In this document: positions 39,300 through 52,633 of the stretch, in pieces
Numbering within the stretch: the first letter of the stretch is position 1
Layout: the number at the start of each line of letters is the position of its first letter
NCBI GenBank assembly: GCA_040397175.1
Contig: JBBAWM010000003.1
Coordinates: forward strand, 159,255-223,254
From: Candidatus Limnocylindrus sp.
GTDB taxonomy: Bacteria > Chloroflexota > Limnocylindria > Limnocylindrales > Limnocylindraceae
Reading direction: 5' to 3'
Length of the DNA stretch: 64,000 bases
Translations under genes and position numbers: made by a program
Notes under the pieces: model-generated
What the model was told of the DNA's origin: nothing
The model's database searches: none
Seen by the model: only the letters and a program-made list of their open reading frames with translations

Positions 39300-41975
39300 T
39301 TAGCGACCCGAACGCTTCTTCGGGGCTGGCTTCCCCTTTGCGACCGGCTTTGTCTTTGCCGCTGGCTTCCCCTTTGATGGGGTGCCGCCCTTGGCTGTTG
39401 GGCGAGGTGCCTTCACAATCTTAGGAACCTCTTGGGCCACCTCAGGCTCCTCGTCATTGTCACCTGTGCCGTTGCGCTTCGCCAGACCCGTCCGGAAGGC
39501 GGCGATTCCAGCCACCTTGTCGCCCTCGCGCAGGGTCATCACGCGCACACCCTGGGCGCTGCCGTCCTTGCGAGTGGCGATGCTCTCGAGCTTGGTACGC
39601 ACGACCTGCCCCTCGGCGCTGATCAAGATCACCTCTTCGTCGGCCTCGCTGACCTGACGCACGGCCACAACTGGGCCGGTCTTGCGCCCCTCGAGTGGGA
39701 TCAGGCGGACGCCCTGGGTGCCACGGTGCTTGCGAGCGAAGGCGCCCACAGGGACGCGCTTCCCGTGGCCGGTCTCTGTAAGGACAAGGAGGTCGGCGCC
39801 AGGCTCCGCCACGGCCATGGCCACCACAAGGTCACCCTGGCGGGCGAGGCGAATACCGATCACCCCTCCAGCGGTGCGGCCCATGGCGCGCGCCTCACGC
39901 TCGTGGAAGCGGCAAATGCGCCCCTGGCGCGTGGCCATGACCAGGTCATCTTCGCCGGAGGTCTGAATCACTTGGGCAAGTTCGTCGCCCTTATCCAGGG
40001 TGATGGCGATGATGCCGGTGGAGCGCACCTTTTCGAACTGCTCGATCGCCGTCTTCTTGATGATCCCCTTCTTGGTGGAGAAGGCGAGGTAGCTGCCCGG
40101 CGTGAAGCCGTTCAGGATGATCGTCGCCACTGGGGTCTCGCCCGACTCCACCTGCACCCCTGGAAGGTTCACGATCGGAATGCCCTTGTTCTGTCGCGAG
40201 GCGTCAGGGATCTCGTGCACCTTGGCGCTAAAGCCGCGCCCCTTGTTGGTGAAGAAGAGGGCGTAATCGTGGGTGTTCGCCACCTGCAACGTGGCGACCG
40301 CATCCTCTTCGCGGGTCGTCATGCCGATCACACCCTTGCCGCCGCGATGCTGCTGGCGATAGGTGGTGAGTGGCTGGCGCTTGATGTAGCCGCGGCCAGA
40401 GATGGTGATCACGACATCTTCGTCGGCGATGAGGTCCTCATCAGACATTTCGCGCGTCGCATCTTGGGCGATCTTGGTGCGGCGTCGGTCGGCAAACTTC
40501 TCTTTCAGCTTGGCGAACTCGTCGGAGATGATCTTCGAGATGCGGGCCGGCCGAGAGAGGATGTCTTCAAGCTCGGCAATGAACTTAATGACCTCAAGAT
40601 ACTCATCTTCAATCTTCTTGCGCTCAAGGGCGGCGAGGCGCGCAAGGCGCATATCGAGGATCGCCTGCGCCTGTAGTTCGCTGAGCTTGAAGCGCTCCAT
40701 GAGTTGCGTGCGCGCAACATCGACGTCGGCTGCCGCGCGAATCGTCTTGATCACCGCATCGAGATTGTCGAGGGCGATCTTGAGCCCTTCGAGGATGTGG
40801 GCGCGCTCGCGCGCCTTCTTGAGTTCGTATTCGGTTCGGCGTCGCACGATGATGCGGCGGTGGTCGATGTGGTGCTGCAGCACCGACTTCAGTGAGAGGG
40901 TCTGCGGCTGGCCATCGACGAGCGCGAGCATGTTCATGCTGAATGCAGAGCGCAGCGGGGTGAGCTTCAACAGCTTGTTGAGCACCTTATGTGGATTCGC
41001 ATCTTTCTTAACTTCAACGTAGACGCGCATGCCGTCGCGGTCGGACTCGTCGCGCAGGTCGGCGATGCCATCGAGGCGCTCCTCTTTGACGAGGTCCGCA
41101 ATCTTCTCAACGAGCGATGCCTTGTTCACCTGGTACGGCAGCTCGGTGATGATGATCGCCGTGCGATCGCCACGCGACGCCTCTTCAAAGTGCGTCGCGC
41201 CGTCAACAACAACGCGGCCGCGTCCGTGCGCGTACATCTGTCGCACCGCATCAATGCGCTCCGTTGCGCCAGTGAGTGGATTCTTAATGGTGTCGTAGCG
41301 ATAGAGGATGCCGCCGGTCGGGAAGTCTGGCGCATTGACGTACTTGCAGAGATCGTCGACGGAGAGTTCAGGGTCAGCGATCAGGGCGATGGCGGCGTCG
41401 GCGATCTCGCCAAGGTTGTGCGGCGGAATGTTTGTCGCCATGCCGACGGCAATACCAGAGGAGCCGTTGACGAGCAGGTTCGGTAGGCGCGAAGGGAGAA
41501 CGCCTGGCTCCTTCTGCGTGCCGTCGTAGTTCGGCGTGAAGTCGACAGTTTCGTGATCGATGTCGGCGAGCATCTCACCGGCGATTGAGGTGAGGCGTGC
41601 CTCGGTGTAGCGCATCGCAGCGGCGGAGTCGCCGTCAACCGAACCGAAGTTTCCTTGGCCATCAACGAGCGGATGACGCATGGAGAAGTCTTGTGCGAGT
41701 CGCACGAGTGCGTCGTAGAGGGCGCCGTCGCCGTGTGGGTGGTACTTGCCCATCACCTCGCCGACGATGGCGGCGCACTTGCGATAGGCGGAGCCGCCAG
41801 AGAGGCCCATCTCGCCCATCGTGTACAAGATGCGGCGGTGTACCGGCTTGAGGCCGTCGCGAACGTCGGGGAGCGCGCGCGCCACGATCACGCTCATCGC
41901 GTAATCGAGATAGCTCGTTCGCATCTCGTCTTCGATGCGAATTGAACGGACGCTCACTCGTGCCTCGTCGCTCAT
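39300..41975 (-). CDS. gyrA: DNA gyrase subunit A
   Basis: [16 protein letters not shown] and AAAMRYTE motifs; GyrA box QHRGGKG. Confidence 0.98.
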   Translation of the reverse strand: MSDEARVSVRSIRIEDEMRTSYLDYAMSVIVARALPDVRDGLKPVHRRILYTMGEMGLSGGSAYRKCAAIVGEVMGKYHPHGDGALYDALVRLAQDFSMRHPLVDGQGNFGSVDGDSAAAMRYTEARLTSIAGEMLADIDHETVDFTPNYDGTQKEPGVLPSRLPNLLVNGSSGIAVGMATNIPPHNLGEIADAAIALIADPELSVDDLCKYVNAPDFPTGGILYRYDTIKNPLTGATERIDAVRQMYAHGRGRVVVDGATHFEEASRGDRTAIIITELPYQVNKASLVEKIADLVKEERLDGIADLRDESDRDGMRVYVEVKKDANPHKVLNKLLKLTPLRSAFSMNMLALVDGQPQTLSLKSVLQHHIDHRRIIVRRRTEYELKKARERAHILEGLKIALDNLDAVIKTIRAAADVDVARTQLMERFKLSELQAQAILDMRLARLAALERKKIEDEYLEVIKFIAELEDILSRPARISKIISDEFAKLKEKFADRRRTKIAQDATREMSDEDLIADEDVVITISGRGYIKRQPLTTYRQQHRGGKGVIGMTTREEDAVATLQVANTHDYALFFTNKGRGFSAKVHEIPDASRQNKGIPIVNLPGVQVESGETPVATIILNGFTPGSYLAFSTKKGIIKKTAIEQFEKVRSTGIIAITLDKGDELAQVIQTSGEDDLVMATRQGRICRFHEREARAMGRTAGGVIGIRLARQGDLVVAMAVAEPGADLLVLTETGHGKRVPVGAFARKHRGTQGVRLIPLEGRKTGPVVAVRQVSEADEEVILISAEGQVVRTKLESIATRKDGSAQGVRVMTLREGDKVAGIAAFRTGLAKRNGTGDNDEEPEVAQEVPKIVKAPRPTAKGGTPSKGKPAAKTKPVAKGKPAPKKRSGR

Positions 41976-41989
41976 GCTCTCATCGCCTC

Positions 41990-44835
<2,846 letters not shown>

Positions 44836-44850
44836 GCTCCCCCCTTGTTA

Positions 44851-45672
44851 CTACCTGGCGCCTACGGGGGTTCCGTTGAACACCCGGGCATCAAATTCCG
44901 CTGCAGCCTGCGCGTATGACTCAGCACCCGAGGTGCCTGGCGCGTAACTTCGAATGGCAATCCCGTGGCTTGGCGCTTCGGCCAAGCGTACCGAACGCGG
45001 CACGCGGGCCTTATAGACCAGCTCACCAAAGTGGCTCTCGACCTCACGCACCACGTCGCTGCCAAGTTTCGTGCGGGGATCAAGCATGGTCAAGAGGAGG
45101 CCATTCACCTCCAGGGCGGGGTTGAGGCGCTCGCGCACGAGGCGAATGGTGGCCATGAGCTGCGAGAGCCCCTCCAGGGCGTAGTACTCGCACTGCACAG
45201 GAACAAGTACGGCATCAGCGATCGCGAGGGCACTCACGGTGACCAGGCCGAGTGACGGCGGGGTGTCCACGAGAATTACCTCGACATCCCCTGCGGTGCG
45301 GAGGCCGACCGCAAGCTGGCGTTCGCCACTCTCGTCCCCGGTGGCCAGCTCAACGTCGATCCCGGCAAGGTCGGCCGAGCCCGGAATGAGCGTGAGGTTC
45401 GGAATCGAGGTCGGCTGGGCGAGCTCCGTCGCTGGTCGGCGCCCCACGAGGAGGTCGTAGGCGGTCGGCGCACCCTCTGGGAGGGTGAATCCGAGACCGC
45501 TGGTCAGGTTGCGCTGGGGGTCGAGGTCGACAACGAGCACACGACGCCCTGCGTGGGCGAGCTCGGCGGCGAGATTGAGCACGGTCGTGGTCTTCCCTAC
45601 CCCGCCCTTCTGGTTCGCACACACGATGATTGGCGCGTGGGATCCGGCAGGGTGCTGGACGGTGGTGTTCAC
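44851..45672 (-). CDS. parA: Chromosome partitioning ATPase ParA/Soj
   Basis: NQKGGVGKTT, DLDPQ, DTPPSLG, PVQCEYYALEGL and PRSVRLAEAPSHG motifs. GTG start 6 nt after TACGAT. Confidence 0.96.
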   Translation of the reverse strand: MNTTVQHPAGSHAPIIVCANQKGGVGKTTTVLNLAAELAHAGRRVLVVDLDPQRNLTSGLGFTLPEGAPTAYDLLVGRRPATELAQPTSIPNLTLIPGSADLAGIDVELATGDESGERQLAVGLRTAGDVEVILVDTPPSLGLVTVSALAIADAVLVPVQCEYYALEGLSQLMATIRLVRERLNPALEVNGLLLTMLDPRTKLGSDVVREVESHFGELVYKARVPRSVRLAEAPSHGIAIRSYAPGTSGAESYAQAAAEFDARVFNGTPVGAR

Positions 45673-45718
45673 GCGCTCATCGTAGCAGGAGGGGGCTACC
45701 GGGGAGTTCTGCCGGCCA

Positions 45719-45734
45719 TGTTTCACGTGGAACA
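45719..45734. promoter_or_regulatory. parS: parS centromere-like site
   Basis: TGTTTCACGTGGAACA (reverse complement TGTTCCACGTGAAACA) matches the canonical parS consensus and lies immediately upstream of parA. Confidence 0.93.
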
Positions 45735-45788
45735 GCGGGGGCCCGGCAGGGTGGTGCGCCGAGGCGGCTGCGGGAGTATCCTGCCGCT

Positions 45789-46268
45789 ATGAACAAGCGA
45801 CTCGGCTACGTGCTCGGTATCGTGCTCGCCGCCCTCATCCAGGCACGGCTCCTGCCTGAACTCGGCCTCGAGCGCGTGGTCAACCTCCCGGCCCTCCTCC
45901 TCATTGTTACAGCCTCGACGGATCGTCGCACGCTCGTCCTGGTGGCCGCGACCCTCGCGGGCCTCACGATCGACACCGCGCTCGTGCGGCCGCTGGGGCT
46001 AACGAGCCTGGCGATGATTGCCGGGGTGCTTGTTGCGAGCCAGGTTCGAGGCGCCGGGGATGCCCAGTTGATTCGGCGCATGGTCGCGCTCCTGATTGGC
46101 CTGGCGGCCAGCAACGCAGCGCTCTTTCTTCTCAGCGGTGGCAATAGCGGCCGCCTCGGCGAGAGCACCCTCGCACTCGTGGTGAACCTTCTGGTCGGCA
46201 GCACCCTGGCATGGTTTGGACAGCGCCGGCGCCGCGGATATCAGTTCGACCAATCGCTCCGCGGGTAG
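45789..46268 (+). CDS. mreD: Rod shape-determining protein MreD-like (diverged)
   Basis: About 5 TM; AALIQ..LPEL..NLPALLL..AGLTID..PLG pattern; directly upstream of pbp2-rodA. Confidence 0.7.
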   Translation: MNKRLGYVLGIVLAALIQARLLPELGLERVVNLPALLLIVTASTDRRTLVLVAATLAGLTIDTALVRPLGLTSLAMIAGVLVASQVRGAGDAQLIRRMVALLIGLAASNAALFLLSGGNSGRLGESTLALVVNLLVGSTLAWFGQRRRRGYQFDQSLRG

Positions 46269-46277
46269 CGCACTAAC

Positions 46278-48200
46278 ATGACAACCCCTCAGGTTTATCC
46301 GGGTGGGGGCGGACCACGTGATCGCGAGGTTCGTCGTCGACGCCCGCTGCGATTCTTCGCCGCCGCGCTGATCATCCTTCTGACCTTCGGTGGCCTCGGT
46401 GGCCGGTTAATCCTCACGCAGCTCGGAGCAACGTCGGCAACGGGCGCAACGGGTTCGGTGGCACGTGGCCATCGCATCGTCGAAGAGCCCATCACTCCGG
46501 CGCGTGGCCTGGTGTACGACCGCAGCGGACGCGTGCTCGCAAAAAACATCGCGGTCTATGCGGTGCAAATTCGACCGGGCGATCTCTCACTCACTATTCG
46601 CGAGCGCGTCGTCAAAACGCTCGGAGAAATCCTGAAGATCGATCCCGTCTACATCATTACGCTGCTCGATCGAAGTACCGGTTCGCTCTGGGAACCGATT
46701 CGCATCGCCAACAATGTCAACGAGCGTGCGGCGCGGCTCATCAATGAAGAGCGCTCCAGTCTTCCCGGTGTTGAGACCATCGTTGAGGCTCGACGTGTCT
46801 ATCCGTTCGGAACACTCATCAGCCACATCGTTGGATACGTTGGCCGCATTGACGCAGTCGAAGCGAGCACCCTTGCGCCAGCTGGATACTCCGTCGTCGA
46901 TTTCATTGGTCGAGCAGGCGTTGAGGCGAGCTACGAAGAGATGCTTCGTGGTGCGCCCGGCGTTCGCCAAGTCGAGGTCGATGCGAAGGGCCGTCTCGTT
47001 CGAGTTCTTGGAGTGACGAAACCACCCGTTGACGGTTTATCGTTAACACTCACCATCGACATTGAGGCGCAGCAACAGGCAACGACGGCGCTGGAGTGGG
47101 GACTCAGAAGCGCGGGAACGAAAGAGGGCGTGGTCGCCTCGATCAATCCACAGAACGGGGAGGTGCTTGCGATGGCCTCACTCCCAACCTACGACAACAA
47201 TGATTTCTCGGCAGGGATCAGCAACGCGAAGTACCAGAAATATCTGGCGAATAAATTTTCACCACTGTTGAATCACACGGTCGGCTCATATTTTCCGCCA
47301 GGGAGTACCTATAAGCTGGTCACCTACTCCTGCGCTCTCAACAACAACCTCGTCACACCAACGACACGCTTTGCCTCCACCGCATTCCTTGAGGTCGGCG
47401 GCGAGAAGTTTTATGAGTGGAATCGTGTTGGATTTGGCGGCTCGCTGACGCCCTCCGAAGCGTACTCATGGAGCTCCAACGTGGTGACCTTCCAACTCGC
47501 ACGACTCATCAAGGTTGACCGACTCTCAGCGTGCGGCCGGCAGTGGGGCTTCGGTGCGCCGACGGGGATCGATCTCCCGAGCGAGATTTCTGGGCTCGTC
47601 CCCGATCAAACATGGGCGCGCGCCACCATCAACCGCGGCCTCTACGACGCCGAGGTGTTGCAATCCGCGCAGGGACAGGGGTACGACTTGGCGACGCCGA
47701 TTCAAGTGTTGAACGCCTTTGCTGCGCTCGCCAACAGCGGAACACTGTGGAGGCCCCACGTGGTCCTTAGCGTCACGCACCCAGATGGCGCCGTTTCGCC
47801 CATCGCGCCCGTGGTGAATGCCACGGTCGGCATGAAGGAGTCCACCTATCGCGAGATGCGGCTCGCTGGGCGCAAGATGGCGCTGAACCCCGGCCCATCG
47901 CAGGGAATCTATCGCATGCCCCTCTTCGTCTCGGCGAAGAGCGGGACCGCGCAATACGGCGTACGTGACAGCCTTGGGAGACTGCCGTTTCACAACTGGA
48001 TGGGTGGATTTGTTGCGCCAACGGACGACTGGTCGAAACACGATGCCACCTTTGCCTATGTCGTTTTCATGCATGGAACCAACACAGTGGGCAACGCGGC
48101 GAAAGAGGTAACGAAGTTTTATCTGCAGCTGCACTTCAAGCTCACGCGGGACTATCGCACCGTAGGACTCTTGGCGCGCGGGAACCACTTCGGTGAATAG
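46278..48200 (+). CDS. mrdA: Penicillin-binding protein 2 (class B)
   Basis: N-terminal TM; RGLVYDRSG and RVYP..HIVGY; active-site motifs STYK, SSN and KSGT. Confidence 0.93.
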   Translation: MTTPQVYPGGGGPRDREVRRRRPLRFFAAALIILLTFGGLGGRLILTQLGATSATGATGSVARGHRIVEEPITPARGLVYDRSGRVLAKNIAVYAVQIRPGDLSLTIRERVVKTLGEILKIDPVYIITLLDRSTGSLWEPIRIANNVNERAARLINEERSSLPGVETIVEARRVYPFGTLISHIVGYVGRIDAVEASTLAPAGYSVVDFIGRAGVEASYEEMLRGAPGVRQVEVDAKGRLVRVLGVTKPPVDGLSLTLTIDIEAQQQATTALEWGLRSAGTKEGVVASINPQNGEVLAMASLPTYDNNDFSAGISNAKYQKYLANKFSPLLNHTVGSYFPPGSTYKLVTYSCALNNNLVTPTTRFASTAFLEVGGEKFYEWNRVGFGGSLTPSEAYSWSSNVVTFQLARLIKVDRLSACGRQWGFGAPTGIDLPSEISGLVPDQTWARATINRGLYDAEVLQSAQGQGYDLATPIQVLNAFAALANSGTLWRPHVVLSVTHPDGAVSPIAPVVNATVGMKESTYREMRLAGRKMALNPGPSQGIYRMPLFVSAKSGTAQYGVRDSLGRLPFHNWMGGFVAPTDDWSKHDATFAYVVFMHGTNTVGNAAKEVTKFYLQLHFKLTRDYRTVGLLARGNHFGE

Positions 48201-49320
48201 GCTCGATTCGCCACTCGGCTCCGCACTTCGCCGCGTCGACTGGGTAGCCGCGGCCGCGGTGGGACTGCTGGCGCTAACCGGAGTCGGCATGGCCTGGTTA
48301 AATGCGCGGAGCTACGGCCAAGAGCTGCTCACGCCAAGTTCGCTCCTGGTGCGCTCACTCACCTGGACCCTGCTCTCCCTCGTTGTCTACAGCGTGACGA
48401 CACTGGTGAACTGGCGCTGGGTGCGCACCTTTGCGTGGCCGCTCTACGCCGCGAACATCCTGCTACTCATCGTGACCCTGGTCTACGGTGTCGATTCCGG
48501 CGGAAACAATCGGGCGATCGCCATCTTCGGCCTTGCCATCCAGGCGAGTGAGCTGAGCAAGATCCTGACGCTCGTGGCGATCTCTACCGCACTGACGCGA
48601 GTCGACCGCACCAGTGGCGGAGTACAGGACCTCGTAATGGCGGGCGCCATCGTTGCCCCGCCGTTCCTTCTTGTGGTGGCCCAGCCAGACCTCGGCACGG
48701 CGTTGGTGCTCGTGGCGGCCCTCTTCGGCGCCCTCTATTTGGCCGGCGTTGCAACCCGTTGGGTTGCCGCCCTCGCCAGCCTCGCCGCGATCGGCGGTGC
48801 CCTGGCGTGGGTCGTGGTGCTGGCGGATTATCAGAAAGAGCGACTCCTTGCCTTTATCGATCCTCGCGCCGACCCAGCGGGGCCGAAGTACCAGCTGCTT
48901 CGATCGCTCGAGGCGATCAAGGGGGGCGGTCTCTTCGGCGCAGGCGCCGACGGCACGGCAGACCTCACCCCGCTTCCCGTACAAGAGAGCGACTTTGTCT
49001 TTGCGGCCCTCGTCCGTGCGTTTGGTGCCATTGGCGGCCTCTTTGTCATCGTGCTGCTGGCCATCCTTGTCGGACGGCTCCTCTGGCATGCCTGGACCTC
49101 CCCCGACGAGTTCGGGGTGATCTTTGCCGGAGGGATGGCCACCGTCGTCCTCTTCCAAACGTTCGTGAACATCGGCATGAACCTGGGCGTCGCCCCGATT
49201 ACGGGGATCACCCTCCCCTTTGTGAGCTACGGCGGAGCCTCTGCAGTCTCCCTCGCCTTCGGCCTGGCCCTCGTGCAGAGCCACCGTGTGCATGATGGGG
49301 GCTCATCGCCACTCATGTAA
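48193..49320 (+). CDS. rodA: SEDS peptidoglycan polymerase RodA
   Basis: QASELSKI, QPDLGT, YQKERL, ESDFVFA and PITGITLPFVSYGG motifs. Confidence 0.92.
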   Translation: MNRLDSPLGSALRRVDWVAAAAVGLLALTGVGMAWLNARSYGQELLTPSSLLVRSLTWTLLSLVVYSVTTLVNWRWVRTFAWPLYAANILLLIVTLVYGVDSGGNNRAIAIFGLAIQASELSKILTLVAISTALTRVDRTSGGVQDLVMAGAIVAPPFLLVVAQPDLGTALVLVAALFGALYLAGVATRWVAALASLAAIGGALAWVVVLADYQKERLLAFIDPRADPAGPKYQLLRSLEAIKGGGLFGAGADGTADLTPLPVQESDFVFAALVRAFGAIGGLFVIVLLAILVGRLLWHAWTSPDEFGVIFAGGMATVVLFQTFVNIGMNLGVAPITGITLPFVSYGGASAVSLAFGLALVQSHRVHDGGSSPLM

Positions 49321-49333
49321 CAATGAGGAGCGG

Positions 49334-49362
49334 TTGACGCGGGAGAGCCCTGATCGTAGACT
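49334..49362 (+). promoter_or_regulatory. sigma70 promoter of the rplU operon
   Basis: TTGACG-N17-TAGACT. Confidence 0.75.
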
Positions 49363-49451
49363 TCCCCTCCCGCGACTGACCCGTCCGTCAGACCGCGACC
49401 GCCCAACAGGCGCCGCCTGTACGGCGCACAGACAGTAAGGACAGGGGAACC

Positions 49452-49997
49452 ATGTACGCAGTCATCGAGACCGGTGGAAAGCAGTATCGAGTGGAGCTCG
49501 GCAGCGAGCTGCATGTTGAGCTGACTGGCGCTACCCCAGGCAGCGAGATCTCGTTCGACCGTGTCCTTCTTGTGCGCACCGACTCCACCACGGAGATTGG
49601 CACCCCCGTTGTTGCTGGCGCCAAGGTCACCGCAACGGTGCTTGGCCAGGAGCGCGGACCAAAGACGATCAGCTTTAAGTATCGACCGAAGGCGCGCAGC
49701 CGCATCACCAAGGGCCACCGCCAGGAGCTGCACCTTATTAAGGTGACCGAAGTTGCCGTGAATGGCACGAGCGCAAAGGCGCTCTACGAAGCTGGTGCAG
49801 CAGATCGCGCCAAGGCACAAGTTGCCGCCGCCGCTGTCGCTGCCGATAAGGCGAAGGCCGACGCGGCAGTTGCCGCAACGCTGAAGGTTGGCGCGCCAGC
49901 CGAAGCGAAGGCCGCGAAGAAGCCTGCGGCAAAGAAGCCAGCAACCGCAAAGCCAGCAGCGAAGAGCGCCGACACGTCGGCCGCTGACGCCGAGTAA
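49452..49997 (+). CDS. rplU: 50S ribosomal protein L21 with Ala/Lys-rich C-terminal extension
   Basis: MYAVIETGGKQYRV and KGHRQ motifs. Confidence 0.97.
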   Translation: MYAVIETGGKQYRVELGSELHVELTGATPGSEISFDRVLLVRTDSTTEIGTPVVAGAKVTATVLGQERGPKTISFKYRPKARSRITKGHRQELHLIKVTEVAVNGTSAKALYEAGAADRAKAQVAAAAVAADKAKADAAVAATLKVGAPAEAKAAKKPAAKKPATAKPAAKSADTSAADAE

Positions 49998-50027
49998 CCC
50001 AGCGAACGCTGAGAGAAGGAGACCCCC

Positions 50028-50291
50028 ATGGCACACAAAAAGGCAGGCGGAAGTGTTCGCAACGGACGCGATAGCGCTGGTCAGCGCCTTGGCGTAAAGG
50101 TTGGCGACGGCCAGAAGATCAACGCTGGTGGCATCATCGTGCGACAGCACGGCACCACCTTCGCCGCAGGGCGCGGCGTTGGCCTGGGTAGCGACTACAC
50201 CATCTATGCAACCGTCACCGGTACGGTGAAGTTCGACCACGCGTCGCGCACGAAGAAGCGCGTCAACGTTGTCGCTTCACCAGACGCCTAG
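50028..50291 (+). CDS. rpmA: 50S ribosomal protein L27
   Basis: [24 protein letters not shown]. Confidence 0.98.
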   Translation: MAHKKAGGSVRNGRDSAGQRLGVKVGDGQKINAGGIIVRQHGTTFAAGRGVGLGSDYTIYATVTGTVKFDHASRTKKRVNVVASPDA

Positions 50292-50301
50292 AGAGTCGCT
50301 G

Positions 50302-50511
50302 ATGAAGCTAGAGATTCATCCCAAGTACAACACCATCGAAATTACGTGCCTTGCATGCAGCACGAAGTTCTCGATCGGCTCAACGCGAACCAGCGAGCTC
50401 AAGACGGAAGTCTGCTCGAACTGCCACCCGTTCTTTACGGGCAAGCAGCTGATTCTCGACACGGCCGGTCAGGTCGAGCGCTTCCAGAAGCGCCTCGGTC
50501 GCTCGCGCTGA
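50302..50511 (+). CDS. rpmE: 50S ribosomal protein L31, Zn-binding type
   Basis: MKLEIHPKY..CLAC..CSNCHPFFTGKQ..DTAGQVERF. Confidence 0.96.
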   Translation: MKLEIHPKYNTIEITCLACSTKFSIGSTRTSELKTEVCSNCHPFFTGKQLILDTAGQVERFQKRLGRSR

Positions 50512-50516
50512 TCCCC

Positions 50517-51551
50517 ATGCGGCGCCGACTCGGCGTCGCTGCGCGAATCGCGCAGGATCGCTTCGCAGACGTTTCACGAGCACTGCACGCCGTATCTCTG
50601 AGCGCGCGCCCAACAAGCGGCGCAGCGTATGGCGGCCAGGCGTTGATCGACGGCATTCTGATGCGCGGCCCTACACACATCGGTGTCGCGCTACGTACCG
50701 TTGACGGCGGCATCGCCGTAACGTCAGAACCGATTGCCACTGGGCCAGTTCGTCGACGCCTCACCCGCCTTCCCGTACTGCGTGGCGCAGTAGTGCTGTG
50801 GGAGACCCTCGCCCTTGGTAGCCGCTGGCTGCTGCGCAGCGCCGATGTATCGGCGGGCGATGAGTCGCGACCCACCGGCGGTACTGGTTCGATGATCGCA
50901 ACACTTGCGGTCACGCTGTTGGTCGCCGTTGCGATCTTCAATGTGCTGCCAGCGATTGTTGCGTCAGCAATCGTGCATGCACTCGGCATCACGGCGCTGC
51001 TCGCAGAACGCGCGATTGATGGACTCCTGCAGGTGGGCATACTCCTCGGGTACTTGACTGCGGTTGGTCGCAGCAGCGACGTTGATCGAACCTATCGATA
51101 TCACGGCGCAGAGCATCGCGCGATTCACGCGCTTGAGAACGGTGAGCCGCTCACACGCAGCGCGCTGTCACATTGGCCAACGGCACATCCACGCTGTGGC
51201 ACGGAGTTCCTCGTTGTCGTCATTTTAGTGAGCATCGTGAGCTTCTCGCTGATCGGCAGACTTGATCCGATTCCAACGGTGATCAGTCGCATTGCGGGCA
51301 TTCCGCTCGTTGCCGGCCTCGCGTATGAGATTCTGCGCCTGCTAGGTCGCTATCGAACAAACCCAGTGGCACGCGTGCTGGCGGCGCCAGGGATTGCCGT
51401 ACAGCGCATCACCACGCGAAAGCCCGACGACGGCATGCACGACATTGCGATCGTTGCGCTGGCCGCGGCGATCGAAGCCGAAGGCGGCGTGGTGCCGAGC
51501 GGTTCCGAGCGACCAACCTCCCGCGCACTGCAGCCGTTGACGGTGCGCTGA
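50517..51551 (+). CDS. DUF1385 membrane protein
   Basis: [26 protein letters not shown] and [10 protein letters not shown] motifs; typical position between rpmE and prfA. Confidence 0.9.
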   Translation: MRRRLGVAARIAQDRFADVSRALHAVSLSARPTSGAAYGGQALIDGILMRGPTHIGVALRTVDGGIAVTSEPIATGPVRRRLTRLPVLRGAVVLWETLALGSRWLLRSADVSAGDESRPTGGTGSMIATLAVTLLVAVAIFNVLPAIVASAIVHALGITALLAERAIDGLLQVGILLGYLTAVGRSSDVDRTYRYHGAEHRAIHALENGEPLTRSALSHWPTAHPRCGTEFLVVVILVSIVSFSLIGRLDPIPTVISRIAGIPLVAGLAYEILRLLGRYRTNPVARVLAAPGIAVQRITTRKPDDGMHDIAIVALAAAIEAEGGVVPSGSERPTSRALQPLTVR

Positions 51552-52633
51552 TGGCCGACGCTGTACAGCTCAACGCACGACTCGCGGCGGCGCTCAAGGC
51601 ACGCGCCGAACTCGAGGCGCAACTGACGCTCCCTGAGGTGCTCGCCGATCACACGGCCCTCGCTCGCATCGGGCGCGAGCTGTCACGCACCGCACCGCTC
51701 GCTGAGGCGGGCGAGGCGCTCGCCGCCGCTCGCCGTCGCGTGACCGATTCCCGCTCACTTGAGGCGGATCCAGGGGCAGACGCGGAGATGCGCGAGCTTG
51801 CCGCCACCGATCGCGCCGAGGCCGAGGTGATCGAGCGCGACATCCTGGAACGGCTCCCGGGCCTGCTCCTTGAGCCTGATCCGAACGACGGGCGAGACCT
51901 GCTGATCGAAGTGCGGCCTGGCGCTGGCGGCGACGAGGCGGGCATCTTTGCTGGCGAACTCTTCCGCGCCTATCTGCGTTACGCGGAACGACAGGGGTGG
52001 AAGAGTGAAGTCGATGCGATCAGCGAAACCGGTGTTGGTGGAATCCGTGAAGGGGTGATGGAGGTCTCTGGCGATGGCGCATGGGCCGCCTTTAAATGGG
52101 AGTCGGGCGTGCACCGCATTCAGCGTGTTCCTGCAACGGAGTCGGCTGGGCGCATTCACACCAGCACCGCGACGGTTGTCGTGCTTCCGGTCGTGACCGC
52201 GGTCGACCTGGTAATTCCTGACACCGACATTCGCATCGATGTAAAGCGCGCCTCGGGGAACGGCGGACAAGGCGTGAACACTACCGACTCCGCCGTGCGC
52301 ATCACGCACCTTCCGAGCGGCATCGTGGTGGAGATGCAAGATGAGCGCAGCCAGCTGCGCAATAAGGAGAAGGGGATGGCGATCCTGCGCAGCCGCATCA
52401 TCGCCGCCGAAGAGGAGCGCAAGCGCGCCGCCGACTCCAAGGCACGCAAGGCACTGATCGGCAGTGGCGATCGCAGCGAGAAGATTCGTACCTATAACGG
52501 GCCGCAGAACCGCGTCACTGATCACCGCATCGGCTTCGACAAATTTGATGTGCCTGGCATTCTCGGTGGCGACCTCGCCCCATTTCATGAGGCACTCGCC
52601 GCCGCGGAGCAGGCGGCGCGATTGGCCGAATGA
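51551..52633 (+). CDS. prfA: Peptide chain release factor 1
   Basis: PAT peptide anticodon (QRVPATE), GGQ and RSEKIRTYN motifs. Confidence 0.97.
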   Translation: MADAVQLNARLAAALKARAELEAQLTLPEVLADHTALARIGRELSRTAPLAEAGEALAAARRRVTDSRSLEADPGADAEMRELAATDRAEAEVIERDILERLPGLLLEPDPNDGRDLLIEVRPGAGGDEAGIFAGELFRAYLRYAERQGWKSEVDAISETGVGGIREGVMEVSGDGAWAAFKWESGVHRIQRVPATESAGRIHTSTATVVVLPVVTAVDLVIPDTDIRIDVKRASGNGGQGVNTTDSAVRITHLPSGIVVEMQDERSQLRNKEKGMAILRSRIIAAEEERKRAADSKARKALIGSGDRSEKIRTYNGPQNRVTDHRIGFDKFDVPGILGGDLAPFHEALAAAEQAARLAE

